In this document: positions 12,012-23,870 of the stretch, piece by piece
How the letters are laid out: every line of letters begins with the position of its first letter
How positions within the stretch are numbered: position 1 is the first letter of the stretch
Notes under the pieces: model-generated
What the model was told of the DNA's origin: nothing
Database searches by the model: none
What the model saw: the letters and a program-made list of their open reading frames with translations, nothing else
NCBI RefSeq assembly: GCF_947568905.1
Contig: NC_079170.1
Coordinates: forward strand, 62,992,001 to 63,056,000
Source: Ostrea edulis
Lineage: Eukaryota
DNA: 64,000 nucleotides
Reading direction: 5' to 3'
Translations under genes and position numbers: made by a program

Positions 12012-13121
12012 TTAATCGTCCGCTACCGACACTAGGTGGCCGAGAGAAGTGCAGTTTACACAATCTTCAAAGTCTTTGTCAATGTTAACCTGCACGTCAA
12101 TGGTCATCGGATTTTTTTCAATCTCCTCTATTTTGTCTTTTGTCTCATCTCTGAGTTTAGAAACTTTCGGTATTAGGGTCAACAACTGGATATTGGTGCA
12201 TTTCGCCTCCGCCAATTTCAAAAGATTCTCACAGTTTGATATCATGCGGCGCATATTCAGGAGGCATTCTTTCCGCTCCCGTATCTTTTTCAAGTTGTCA
12301 TCACGTACTTGCGACAGTTTTTCAAGGAACTCGGATTTCATGTTATCTACATGACCGAGACTCTTACTACTGAATTCTTGAATCTGTTGTCGCCGTGTCT
12401 CGTTTTGTGTCTTTAAGCCGCTGCACGCGGAGTTCAAGTCTTCTACCCTTGAGTCAATTTTCTGAATAAGATTTTCCATTTTCTGTCCAAATTCACCGAT
12501 GACTGTAAGATTTTTAGGATCTTTCACAGCATCTAGGAAAGTGACCACGTTTTTGCATTGGCCATGGACCTCTGTTTTGCATATTGCACAGCAGACGACA
12601 TCATGGTCATGGCAAAACATTTCAAGTGATTTGCCAGGATGGACGTCGCAGACGTACATTGACGTCACTACCTCAACATCATTAACTGTCTCGATCGGTG
12701 CAATTCTGTGATCAGTTAGAATGGGAAGTGAAGTGTGAAACTCCCCACACGCTCCGCAGAGAGCTGCATCACATGTATAGCACCAATATCTTGTAGTCTC
12801 CATTCTACCACGATTGGTACAAGGGTTGCAAACAAACAGCTTCTTCTCCAGCCGTTGCTGGTCAATCAGCATTGCTATCAGACAATTGGTTGGCAGTCGA
12901 TTGGAAACATCCTCTGGTCTGGTGCGATGAAAATCTTTGACCACGTTAAAGTGGCGACACACTGGACAAGGAAACCCTCTGGAACCTTCCTGAACTTGAG
13001 TAGAAATGTAATCTGAGAGACATTTCTTGCAAAATGTATGCAGACAGATGAGATATTTAGGATCTTTGAATGTTTCCAGACAAATGGAGCAGTTAGTTAA
13101 ATCCGAACCCTCCAAGGACAT
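12012..13121 (-). CDS. Short TRIM protein 1: RING - B-box1 - B-box2 - coiled coil, no C-terminal domain (369 aa)
   Basis: C3HC4 RING CSIC...CLHTFCKKC...CPVCR. B-box1 CNPC...CYTC..ALC..C..FH. B-box2 CDVH...CHDHDVVCC..C. Heptad-rich helix. Stop followed by AATAAA (minus, 11969-11964). 5'UTR acceptor TTTCTTTACAG at 13160-13159. Confidence 0.9.
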   Translation of the reverse strand: MSLEGSDLTNCSICLETFKDPKYLICLHTFCKKCLSDYISTQVQEGSRGFPCPVCRHFNVVKDFHRTRPEDVSNRLPTNCLIAMLIDQQRLEKKLFVCNPCTNRGRMETTRYWCYTCDAALCGACGEFHTSLPILTDHRIAPIETVNDVEVVTSMYVCDVHPGKSLEMFCHDHDVVCCAICKTEVHGQCKNVVTFLDAVKDPKNLTVIGEFGQKMENLIQKIDSRVEDLNSACSGLKTQNETRRQQIQEFSSKSLGHVDNMKSEFLEKLSQVRDDNLKKIRERKECLLNMRRMISNCENLLKLAEAKCTNIQLLTLIPKVSKLRDETKDKIEEIEKNPMTIDVQVNIDKDFEDCVNCTSLGHLVSVADD

Positions 13122-13610
13122 GACTGTAGCGTGATTGTGTCTGATTTATCACCAAACTCTGTAAAGAAAATATGCGTAGACTCTTACAAACACATTTCTC
13201 CAAATTCGTTTTAAAATGTTATGATAAATATTCAGATTTGATTGGCTGAGTAGTCTATTTCTTATATCAGTTATTGTTTAGTAGGCGAGCATTGAACCAT
13301 TAAAACGTAGGATACATATGGACGAGAACACAGTTACTTAATTTTTTTTAAACATTGCACATGTATGCATTTTGAAATATGTTTTCACGCGCGGGAAGTT
13401 ATGTACGATTACGAATGTATTAAAAAGAACCGGGTAGATCCAATACACACACACATTAACTACAAATACACGGAATATAAACCTGTCCAACATATATCCA
13501 GTGATATCGTATGCTGTTCTAGTGGTTGTAAAAAGTCATGCTGTTTCAAATAACCTGGTCTACACATCCATGAGTTCATTTACCCTAACCCACGGATACT
13601 CTTTAGCCTT

Positions 13611-13734
13611 ACCTTAAGACAGGTATTATAACACCTTGATCGTGCAGCAGGTGTAACGGAGGAGTGGAAATGACTGCGATGTTATACTCCCCCAAGTTTT
13701 TGAACGTATGGGTGAAATTTTGATTCAGGTCAGT
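13611..13734. promoter_or_regulatory. Candidate first-exon splice donors of the divergent pair short1/long1 (possible bidirectional promoter)
   Basis: Minus-strand donor AAG|GTAAGG (GT 13612-13611) and plus-strand donor CAG|GTCAGT (GT 13729-13730). Both genes have acceptors just before their ATG (13160-13159 and 14841-14842). The pairing is inferred. Confidence 0.35.
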
Positions 13735-14881
13735 AACTCGGTCAAATTGCACATGCGTTTTACACAAAAGGCGCACCGAAGAGTGGGCTGTAGGGCTCTT
13801 TACAACTTTTTAAAAGATGGAAAGGTTAGTTCAAAGATAGTCTTCTTTCACGTTGTTAAGATCTAAATTCTATTGCTAGAATTACGTCAGTACATAAATA
13901 ATATATTCACTATACGTGTGTAATCATGTAGTTTTTTGAATTGATGAGGTGTATATACACATTTTTGAACTACATGTAATTGATGTTGTAGTATGATAGA
14001 CGAATGGCCCTAGGCAGGGTCATTGGAACTATATCTTGATGACATTTTGGGCTGATGATGTTTTATCAAATTAATTGATTATTTATTGCCATTATTTGTA
14101 TTCATAATAATAAACAATGTCCCTGTACGATTATCACAGCGCAACCGCCAACATTTTTGAAATATCCGCTTCTGGTCTTACGTCCTTCTGCTAAGAGACG
14201 CAACTCGAACATTATAGTTATAGCGTTCATGTATATTCCTTGTTCTGGGCTGCACATGTAGTACCATTTGATTGATTGATTATGTAGTAAAGTAAGATTA
14301 ATCATGCCACTTTCACATCATAAAACAGAGGTTTAGTCGAATGTTGCTTAAAATATTGTATTTTGTGTTTGATTTGAATACGCCTTTCACAATCCTCACA
14401 CCATAGTAATTAACGTGCGTATGATTGGTCCTACTTTACTACAATTATTTGGGGTTTATACGCTTTTTGGTAATATTTCAGTTATTTAACAGGGGAATTT
14501 GATTCTAATGCTCTGTAATGATTGTGAATAAAAGAAAATTATAATAAATAAGAATTTACAATGCTGTTGTATTATAGCACAATACTTCGCTGTTATCTGT
14601 TATTCATCGTAGAACCTTGTAATCTATCCGCATTTCAATTCCATAGGTTTATGAAATACGATTCCTTTCGTGGTTTGAGATGTTTGTAATTCTGATGTCC
14701 TTTGTGTATTGAATATAGCTTAAAATTATGATTAACACATTTACCAAAGGATTTGCAACATGGTGAACATTGGTTTGTGAGAGATATAGTGATAGACACG
14801 AAATCTTAACAGTTCAAATGTATGTATTTACCTTTTTTGCAGGTGCGGGTAATTGAGCCTGACGGGGAAATAAAGTAGGTA

Positions 14882-16891
14882 ATGGAGAATTTGGACATAA
14901 CACGAAATTGTTGTACTGACCCGAAACCGGATCAAAGAAACAAAACTGTCTTACAATGTGCGCTTTGCCAGGCGATTCTTCGAGCTCCACGAACACTGAA
15001 TTGTTTCCATTCCATGTGCGAGGATTGCCTATCATCTTGCGTGCTGGAGGAGGACGGACGTTTGGTGGTTGTATGCCCTAAATGTACATACAAGTCAACT
15101 ACAGAAAAACCAGCAGAAACAATCAGTAATCCTGATACTTTCTCATCATCACCGGTGATGCTAACGTTACTGGATCATGAAGACCTTGAGGGAAATAAAG
15201 CTTGCACGTCTTGTCATAACCGCTCAAAGACCACACCGTCTGCTTACTGGTGTTTTGAGTGTCTTGCGTACCTCTGCGAACAGTGCTTTTTGTTTCACTC
15301 GTCCCTGTCATATTTGGCAAAGCATCACACATATAGCAGGAAAGAAGTAGAAAATACACCTATATTACTGTCCATGGCTAGGGAAATTTGCCCAAGACAT
15401 GGAGAGAAATTTACCAGATTTTGTGACGTAGAGAAAGAAGTGTGTTGCAACACGTGTGTAGCGGATTCCCACATGGGTCTATGTCTCGGAGCTCATGAAA
15501 TTATTAACTGTTTTGAAGACGTTCAGTCTGATTTCACACATTTGAAAACATCGATCAAAGATCAGCTAAGTGAATTAGACGAACTACTGACTGAACAAAA
15601 CAAAGCAGAATTGAAGTTAGAGAAATTTTGTCTTGTAAAACAAGGAACGATCCATTCCTTGACAGATAAGATCGGTACTAATGTTCATCATCGAACGCAA
15701 ACTCTAGTGGAAGTTTCAAACCAATACTCGCAGAAAAACCTCCAAGAATATGAAGACAATTTGAGATTATTGAGAGACAGACACAGTTTACTAACAAAAT
15801 GCCTCCAAACCACATCAAAATCACAGTTTGGATATGCAGTCAGACTATTATTACAGAAAAAGAATATAGAATCAATGACAATGGAAGTTGAAAAGTTTGT
15901 TGATGAAGTCAAAGTTGCCACATCTCCTGTGCCTGTTGTACGATTTTGTTCGTCTCTCACCAACTTACGCAAGAAGCAGTCCTTCGGTTCTATAGCTACA
16001 TCTTCTACATGTAGTTCAAAACCTGTGCTTGGATTAAACTACAAAGTAGAAAAAGCAAGATCAACAGAATTATTGCAACAAGATGAAAAACTCGCTCTTT
16101 CGCATTCACTTGAATTCGGCGGAAATGCATTTACACTTTCCAGGACAATTCAAACCGAGAACAAATTTTCTCACGTCACAGGCTGTGACTGGCTATCGGA
16201 AACCAAAATCATTATCGTTGATTCAAGAGAAAAGTCAAATTCACTCGCTCAAATCTTTGACACATCAAGCGGAAAACGAATACTGGAGATTCAGTTAAAG
16301 GACAAAGCATATGACGTCACCACGCTTCCTAACCAAGAAGTCGCCATCACATTTCCAAAGGCACGATATGTTGGCTTCTTCAATTGCCAAAATGGCCGCC
16401 ACGAGGAAGATCTTGACATGGGCATGGATTGTTACGGAATCAGTCGTCTTGACGACGGTCATATCGTAGTCGGAGGAGAAGAATATATCTTGATTCTTGA
16501 CCATGACTTTAATGAAATCAGAACTCTCCACGTCAGAGGAGAAAGCATTCGATACATCTGGACCAGCAACATCGACTTTATCTTTTACAGCGACTTAACA
16601 ACAAACACGGTCTATAGCATGTCTGGTAACGGGGGTGCCAGGTATAAATACAGACCGAATAAGATCCAGGCTCCAGCGGGCCTTATCGGGGACACAAACA
16701 AAGGGAATCTTTATGTTTGCGAGAAAGGATCGAAGTATCTCCATATTGTGAATAAAAAAGGGAAATATGTGAAACGCGTTGACGTCGGACAATCACCTAC
16801 CGCTATAGCAATGTCGAAAGACTTGAACAAGATATGTATCGCAAGAGGCGGTCGTCATAATGAGCATGTGGTGGATATCTATCATTTGTAA
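14882..16891 (+). CDS. Long TRIM protein 1: RING - B-box1 - B-box2 - coiled coil - NHL-like beta-propeller (669 aa)
   Basis: RING CALC...CFHSMCEDC...CPKCT and two B-boxes. C-terminal propeller blades (HVTGCDWLSETKIIIVD, AYDVTTLP, LYVCEKGSKYLHIVNKKG). Acceptor TTTTTTGCAG at 14841-14842. Confidence 0.9.
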   Translation: MENLDITRNCCTDPKPDQRNKTVLQCALCQAILRAPRTLNCFHSMCEDCLSSCVLEEDGRLVVVCPKCTYKSTTEKPAETISNPDTFSSSPVMLTLLDHEDLEGNKACTSCHNRSKTTPSAYWCFECLAYLCEQCFLFHSSLSYLAKHHTYSRKEVENTPILLSMAREICPRHGEKFTRFCDVEKEVCCNTCVADSHMGLCLGAHEIINCFEDVQSDFTHLKTSIKDQLSELDELLTEQNKAELKLEKFCLVKQGTIHSLTDKIGTNVHHRTQTLVEVSNQYSQKNLQEYEDNLRLLRDRHSLLTKCLQTTSKSQFGYAVRLLLQKKNIESMTMEVEKFVDEVKVATSPVPVVRFCSSLTNLRKKQSFGSIATSSTCSSKPVLGLNYKVEKARSTELLQQDEKLALSHSLEFGGNAFTLSRTIQTENKFSHVTGCDWLSETKIIIVDSREKSNSLAQIFDTSSGKRILEIQLKDKAYDVTTLPNQEVAITFPKARYVGFFNCQNGRHEEDLDMGMDCYGISRLDDGHIVVGGEEYILILDHDFNEIRTLHVRGESIRYIWTSNIDFIFYSDLTTNTVYSMSGNGGARYKYRPNKIQAPAGLIGDTNKGNLYVCEKGSKYLHIVNKKGKYVKRVDVGQSPTAIAMSKDLNKICIARGGRHNEHVVDIYHL

Positions 16892-17260
16892 CATCGGTAT
16901 TATGAATGAGGCGATTTTCATAACGAACACATGATCGATGTCTATCGTATCATCGTTATGTCGTCAGTATGTGAACAAGATGAATATCGATCATTTTCAA
17001 CGGAAAGCCGTCTATATCTATCATATAGAACGGAAACGTGGTGGATATCTATCATATATAACGCAAACGTGGCGAATATATATAATAAATAATGGAAACA
17101 CGGTGTATATTTATTATATATAACGGAAACGTGGTGCACGAATATATATCATATACATGTATAACGGAAACGCGGTGTATATTTATCACATATAATGCAA
17201 ACATGTGTACATCTATCGTTTATAATGGAAAATTTCATGGTGTATATCCATCGTTTTACA
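16868..17260 (+). repeat. Degenerate 31-bp minisatellite derived from the last codons of long TRIM 1
   Basis: Unit GTGGTGGATATCTATCATATATAACGGAAAC starts at 17038, 17069, 17100 and 17131. 17038-17062 matches the CDS end 16868-16892 at 23 of 25 nt. Confidence 0.75.
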
Positions 17261-17874
17261 AGTACTATATCCATGGAATGTAGGTCTTTGTTATGTTAAA
17301 ACATCGGCCTTCATACCCAATTCGGCAAATTATTTGCGGCGGGAAGAATATTGCGAAAACTTAAAATGCAGTGTACAGTATTTTATATTGAAATCTGATA
17401 ATGAAGCGTTGTTTTGAATTTTTTAAATTGAAGTGGAGGAAGTTAATTTTGCGAAACAACAGTAACCGTGACAACGCAACGTTATTCAAAATAATGATCG
17501 CACTAGATAGGCGACTTGCTATTGTGCTTACACAATGGTTTTAAAAAAGTGCACGCCTTTTGATAAAGAATTATTGAGTGGGGAGTAAATAACATAAAAG
17601 AATTGCGTCTAATCTAAAATTCTTCCTCATACCCAATTTCTTTTTGTGTGTGTGTGTGTGCTACGGAAATATATTTCTAGATATTTTAAAAAGAGTAGAT
17701 AACGAAAAATTGCAATAAGGAAGTCTGAAATATTCCACTGTTTTAGTGCGTCTATGATTAAGCTAGAATTCAAATGAAATGGCTATAATTACATGTATAC
17801 ACTGTACTAATTGCTTTGTTGTATTTATGCTTGATATGAGATAAAATAAAACGAACTAGCGTTATCAGAATTCT

Positions 17875-18042
17875 TCTCGCTAGTGATTTCATCAATGTAG
17901 AGCTTAGTCTGAACAAGACCTGCTGAGGCTTCTCACTAGTGATTTCATCAATGTATAGCTTAGTCTGAACAAGACCTGCTGAGACTTCTCACTAGTGAGT
18001 TCATCAATGTAGAGCTTAGTCTGAACCAGACCTACTGAGGCT
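17875..18042. repeat. 56-bp tandem repeat x3
   Basis: TCTC(G/A)CTAGTGATTTCATCAATGTAGAGCTTAGTCTGAACAAGACCTGCTGAGGCT starts at 17875, 17931 and 17987. Confidence 0.9.
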
Positions 18043-18463
18043 TTAGGGTATCCAAAATTTAATCCTTTTCTTGGAATTAGACTACTTAAACAAGAGAATA
18101 AATGTCCACAACTTCATAATCGTTAGGCATTAAGGAAGTAGAATTTTATTCATGGCAAAATTAATTCTATCTTTTCTTTAAATTGATTAAAAGAACGAAC
18201 TTCTGGAGTGATTTGTTGTAAATTATATTTCATAATCGGACAGTTCATCCATGCCCTACAAAGTTAAAGTCAGTCCGATTTTTATACTAAACACAGTCGC
18301 ATGGAAATAGTCTTCGGAAAACATCAAGGATCGATAGTAATGATGCCCATTATCAGGTTTCCTTGGTAAATTCTACTGGTAAACATAAAACCATGCGTCC
18401 TTTATGGTAGTTCTATTTTTTAAAACGCAAATATCCAAAGAAATCTTTTGTTGAAATTCAAAA

Positions 18464-20170
18464 TCATCTATTATACTGATATACAGTTACCTCGTTGATA
18501 GAACCTTGTCCAACAAAGAGACTGTAATCGTCATCCACACAAAGTCCTTGCGGACAATGTTCTTGTTGATTTAAAATCAGAAACAAGAACTGACCATCCT
18601 GATCCAAGAGGTGGACATCTTTGCAGTGTCCGTCACAGACCATGATGTGTCTGTGAATATCAGTGCATATTCCATAAGGAATAAACTTTGGTTTCTGACC
18701 TTTGTAGTTAAAGCGAAACTTTCCCGCCTTATTCACGACAATAACAGCTTCCTTTGCGCTATCTGAAGTACAGATATCTCCATTGACACTTTCCGTGAGG
18801 TAATTCGGACGTTCGTATAAACTCTGGTGTAGGTACGTCTTATGAATGCTGTGTATTTTTGTCCCTTCTTCTGAATATCTGATGATTTTTCCTTGGTTGC
18901 CTTTCATCATGCCAACCAATATCTCTCCATTGATACGAGAGAAGTGGATACTAAGAGGCGTCCAACTGCCAGTGCTGGTGAATTGGATTGTCTCTCCATC
19001 ATGGACCATGTTAATAACTTTCAGTTGTTGATCAGTGTACAGTAAGTCTCCGTTCTTTGTTACTGTATGAAAACCACGTTCTCCATAGTTTGCTTTGATA
19101 GTCTTAAGCACGTTTCCTTCCGTATCAATCTGTACTAGAGAACCCCATAAGTCGCTCACCCACATTTGGTTGGCATTTTCCAGGGAAATATGTAGAACAT
19201 TTTCAATGTTTGACACATTGATTCTTTTGTTGAGAGTACACCGATACATTACTTCGTTCGATCGCGACAATTTGAAATCATTTTCGGTGTGTTTTCCTTG
19301 TTTTGGAGAGGACATACCATCAAAAGAAGCTTTTCGTTCTGCTGTTTTCTTTTTTGACATCTTTGGATTGTCGTTTCCCGGGATAATGATAGATCCCAAG
19401 AGATTTGCGATCTCTGTCTTGTCGGCGTGACCAGGAATATACTCCGGAAGCTGGGGATTGGCTGCTTCAGGTACATCTCTTATATTCATTGTTTCTTTGT
19501 ACAATGAAATAAATTCTGATAGTTTTTTTGAAGATACGTGTGCTTCATACTTTTCAACAAAGCCGTTCAGATATAAGACATGTGCATCAATAGCATTACC
19601 TTGAGTTTCGACATCATGCAACAAATTTTGTTCAATTTTGTCCAATTGCTCCATATTTTGTAGCACTGTTGTGTTGACGATTTGCTTGATTTCGGACGCC
19701 TTCTCGATAATGGACGTTTTGATATTGGTAATGATCTCCTTCACTTTCCCCAAATCTGTAGTTGTTTTGCTTTGTTGCGCATTCGAAATCGGTAGCAGGT
19801 GTTCTTTAATTCTTGAAATTCTTTCGGAGCATAGATCGAATTTTTCAGCGTAAATTGTTTTTAGACTTACAAATTCATGACCTTTGTGTTCAGGATTAGC
19901 AGCGCATCTGAAACAAAGAGGAATCAGACATGTATCGCAGCAGGAAATGACGACATTCGAAGGATGAACGTTACAATTTTCTGTAGGGAAAGTTACAGGC
20001 TGCTGCTGATGAATCGACAAGATCTCATGATGAAGGAAATCTAGAGACTTTAAATGATTTTCTTTACACTTTTCACACAATTGCATATGACAGGGGTTGC
20101 AATAATACTGCGAAATATCAGTGCAGTTACTGCATTCCTTGTCATTTGGAACTCCAGGATGTGAACTCAT
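18464..20170 (-). CDS. RING-less TRIM-like protein: B-box1 - B-box2 - coiled coil - NHL-like beta-propeller (568 aa)
   Basis: CSNC...YYCNPCHMQLCEKCKENH and CNVHP...CCDTCLIPLC..C...EHKGH. Propeller motifs NGDICTSD...VIVVNKAGKFRFNYKG and PYGICTDIHRHIMVCD, typical of bivalve TRIM2/TRIM71-like proteins. Acceptor CTTCTTTTTTCAG at 20182-20181. Confidence 0.9.
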   Translation of the reverse strand: MSSHPGVPNDKECSNCTDISQYYCNPCHMQLCEKCKENHLKSLDFLHHEILSIHQQQPVTFPTENCNVHPSNVVISCCDTCLIPLCFRCAANPEHKGHEFVSLKTIYAEKFDLCSERISRIKEHLLPISNAQQSKTTTDLGKVKEIITNIKTSIIEKASEIKQIVNTTVLQNMEQLDKIEQNLLHDVETQGNAIDAHVLYLNGFVEKYEAHVSSKKLSEFISLYKETMNIRDVPEAANPQLPEYIPGHADKTEIANLLGSIIIPGNDNPKMSKKKTAERKASFDGMSSPKQGKHTENDFKLSRSNEVMYRCTLNKRINVSNIENVLHISLENANQMWVSDLWGSLVQIDTEGNVLKTIKANYGERGFHTVTKNGDLLYTDQQLKVINMVHDGETIQFTSTGSWTPLSIHFSRINGEILVGMMKGNQGKIIRYSEEGTKIHSIHKTYLHQSLYERPNYLTESVNGDICTSDSAKEAVIVVNKAGKFRFNYKGQKPKFIPYGICTDIHRHIMVCDGHCKDVHLLDQDGQFLFLILNQQEHCPQGLCVDDDYSLFVGQGSINEVTVYQYNR

Positions 20171-21319
20171 TGTTGTTTAACTGAAAAAAGAAGATTTCTC
20201 AGACTTTTACCACGATTCTTGCAAACGAAAATATCATTTTGTCACTTATATGTAACTTCCCTCCCACAAGTTAATATTGAGAATAATGCAAGGTGAAGAT
20301 AACGAACAGTGATCATAGAAATATACGTATGAATAAATATAGCTCATATACTGAAAGACTTATAAAAATAAAGGTAATAAAATTTCAATGAAGACATACT
20401 TAGGTAATAAAATTTCAATTAAGACACACTTACCTCAACAACACGCCCTTTTGTGTGGAAGGTAATGTTATAACAATAAAAGAAAAAATGTTTCCCTATC
20501 CTTGGTGCAATAATGTAAATGATTTGCTACATTGACTCTAGGTTATACTTGTCGTCATAAATAGCATTTCTGACATTTAAAGAGGTATAGCGCATTTGCT
20601 GACGAAAAGGCCGACTCAGAAATCTAAATTGAAAACACCGGTTTCCAATAATAGACTGGCGTGTTATATGTAAATATAAGGCCAACGTTTTTGATGTTTC
20701 GTTAACCAAGATAAATAACTGCCGCAGTTTATCATTACTGACATTTATTTGAGTCATTCTTTAATCAATAAACCATTTTCCTATTTGGAATGATGAACAG
20801 TACAATATTTTCATAGGTGCATTCATATTACACAACAACCCTTTTACATATGACATTACTTAACTGACTGTCTTTTTCTGACATGACTGCAGCACCTTTG
20901 ATAGATTTCATCAGTTTATTTGCCTTTGGTTGATAATTCGAGTGTTTAGCTTTGCCTAAATATCATATGACAGTTGCTACATGAGTTTTTATATTTACTC
21001 TTGAGAAGTCAAACTGTATAACACTTCTTTTCCTCCCTTGACCTATTTTTACTTATTATATGCTGTGCATTTGTGCCGTTTTTTTTTGGTAGTATTTGTT
21101 TAGCTTTTCGTCAGCCACATTACATTTGAAAATCCTGTGCACACAGGAACATGATAGTGTAAACAAATGAAACTACAATGATCTCGATATTAATTCCTTT
21201 ACTTTAAGTCGTAACTTGCAAATATGGAAGTTATGATGAAAATGATTAATATTTGTTATAATATATATGTCACATTTATAACACACACACCCCTCAAGAA
21301 AACGACCCCAAAAATGAAA

Positions 21320-21354
<35 letters not shown>

Positions 21355-23019
21355 AGATTGGGAAAATATATTGCACTTGAACTCGGAATGTATGGTTTAA
21401 GTGTTAGTTTACCGAGCATCTAAACCACTAGGCCACCCACGCATGTAAGTTTAAATGTTTAACGTTTGACAGGCTGCTATATCTCAAGGTAAATTTTGAG
21501 AACGTGATTTTCATATATTCATTTTCAACAAGAGGGCCACCTTAAACCAAATTTCCTCAAATGGACTTGTGTACATTCATACTCAAGTAAAACAATTTCG
21601 GTGTTTTATTTCTGGTTTAGGATGGCCTTTTGCAACAGTTTGCAATTTTTTAGGCCCATTACGTTACATCTACTATATACTCTATATGATCACAGTGATG
21701 TTTATGCTCATCAAATAAAGATACTATCAACATATAGATATCTTTATTAAGTAATTTGGGTAAACAGAAGTATAAACTGACATTGTATAGCAGAATATTT
21801 GTAAAAAAAAAAATGATATTCAAGAAAAAAGTATTTATGTAGGCGAAATTGCATACCAAGTGCGCTATACTCCTTTTTAAATGTCATTGGAACCTCCGAA
21901 GACATTCATAATTTGCAAAGTTACTAAAATGTATAATTGATTATTCATGGATAATGAAACAAATTATTGTAGTGATAATCATTAATGGTCAGCCATAGAA
22001 CGATATAAAATGTTTGACATCTCTCGTGTCTAAAGAGAGTTTACATGAAATTTATTGTTACAATTTGTCAAATCACGGATGGAACACTCGTAGCGTATAT
22101 AAAAACCTTCCATAGGGAAGGACATGTAAATAAGCTGCGCTGCTGGAGGTTTGATGAATTTAAAAAAAAAAAACCCCAAATGGTGTGATCAGTAGGTAAC
22201 AGAGAGTTCCAATGGTGTGTAAAATGTTTTAAAATATGGTTGTGCATTGTATATACGTACTGTGTTCGATATTCAATAGATCTAGCAGGAAGTGCAACAA
22301 TAATGAGATCAACAGAAGTATTACTGTCTGAAGTATTAAGACTTTCGTGTATGATATTTGAAAAAAAGTTATTTCTTCTCCGCGTTGTCAATCTTCCTCG
22401 CACTTTGAGTATTATACAGTTTATATATTCTACTGATTTCATACAAGGAGCTTCTCTTTGCTTCCTTCTAATATGGCATACAAAAGACCGTCTTCGTGGT
22501 GTCAGATAAAAGGGTAGGCTTAATATGATCAAAAGCCGATATATGGTTGAAATATCGCCACTTTGGCTTAAAATGCCAAAGAAAGAAAGAAGCAAAACAA
22601 ATAATTAAATTCTGCTGATTAGAAATTGAAAAGAAAAACAATGAAAACAAAATCATGACCAGCTCAACGGGAAACTGAACTTAGTATAAAGAAAGGATAG
22701 TGAATAATTATCTATTTAAACTGTAAGTGCCATGATTTTGATAATCTTTGAAAGTATTCCAAAATATGTGTTATACCCTGGCTATTATGGAGGTATTTCT
22801 GTAACAATGTACACTTTGAACTTTTTCAATATGATTTTATTCTTTGTATTTTGCCTTTTTCGTTGATATATAAAATGATGAGGGTGAAAGGGATGGAATA
22901 GCATCAATTCATGCTTGTGAAGTTCAATGAACATTACTGTTACTATTGTACCGTAAGAAACAACGATAAGTTTATAGGCCTTAAAGGCCACTTGTATATA
23001 CGTGCACTGTAGCATGAAA

Positions 23020-23217
23020 AGGTTAAGATAATGATCAGTGATCAACCTCACAATTCCTATAAGCAATAGAAATAGTGAGCTGGGCAAACACGGACCCCTG
23101 GACACACCAGAGGTGGGATCAGGTGCCTAGAAGTAAGCATGCCCTGTCGAAGCGCGACCGTGAGCCTTATAACTTGATCAGTTAAACGGAGTAATAATTA
23201 GTCAGAATCAATGTGCC
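23020..23217. mobile_element. Terminal fragment of a Penelope-like element family (copies also at 38795 and 56420)
   Basis: CAGTGATCAA...CCTATAAGCAATA...GGGCAAACACGGACCCCTGGACACACCAGAGGTGGGATCAGGTGCCTAG, shared with 39100-39187 and, inverted, with 56500-56593. Confidence 0.55.
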
Positions 23218-23870
23218 GTATCTGAAAGGAGAAAAATGATCTAGAAGTGTAAGAAATTCAATACAATAAACAGAAAACACTATAAGTCATTTTCACATGA
23301 AATTGATATAGGAAATTTCGCATGTGATATGTAACGAGAAAAATCTCTTACATCAAAGTAACATATGTAGTATAATGCGTTATAGAAGTATTCAAAACAG
23401 GTTAAATACTCTGTATTATCTATGAAGTTACCCTAGAATGGACTAACACTCCCAAGGGCTATCAAAACTGGGTCAGCACAACGTCATCACTCGACCAAAA
23501 ACAGATTTTGAAAATGAGTGCCAGTGTCTCATACACATGTACTACTTTTTGCCTATATTAGCAAGTGACGAGCTCGTTACAATGATTACACATGTGAGTC
23601 TCGTGATTGCTTTTCACCAGCTGAAAAATGATAGGGATTACCCATAGTACTCTCAATCAAAACTCGACATTGTACATGTATGTCGAATGTGCGAGACATC
23701 CGAGGAGTTCCGATTGAAAGTGCTATGAAAGAAAGTCACCGTCACTTCGGTATTTCCTCGAAAACCCCATAGAAAAAATGAATTGTTTGAAAAGTACCAC
23801 ACCTATTTTTGATAAGCCGATAGGTTTTCTCATACCTTCATTCGTTTGTCGTTGCTGACAATTGCGTGAT

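Noticed and set aside
21890-22600. Degenerate coding relic (YIKTFHREGH, WCVKCFKIW fragments)
   Set aside because: Multiple stops and frameshifts; I could not assign a family by eye.
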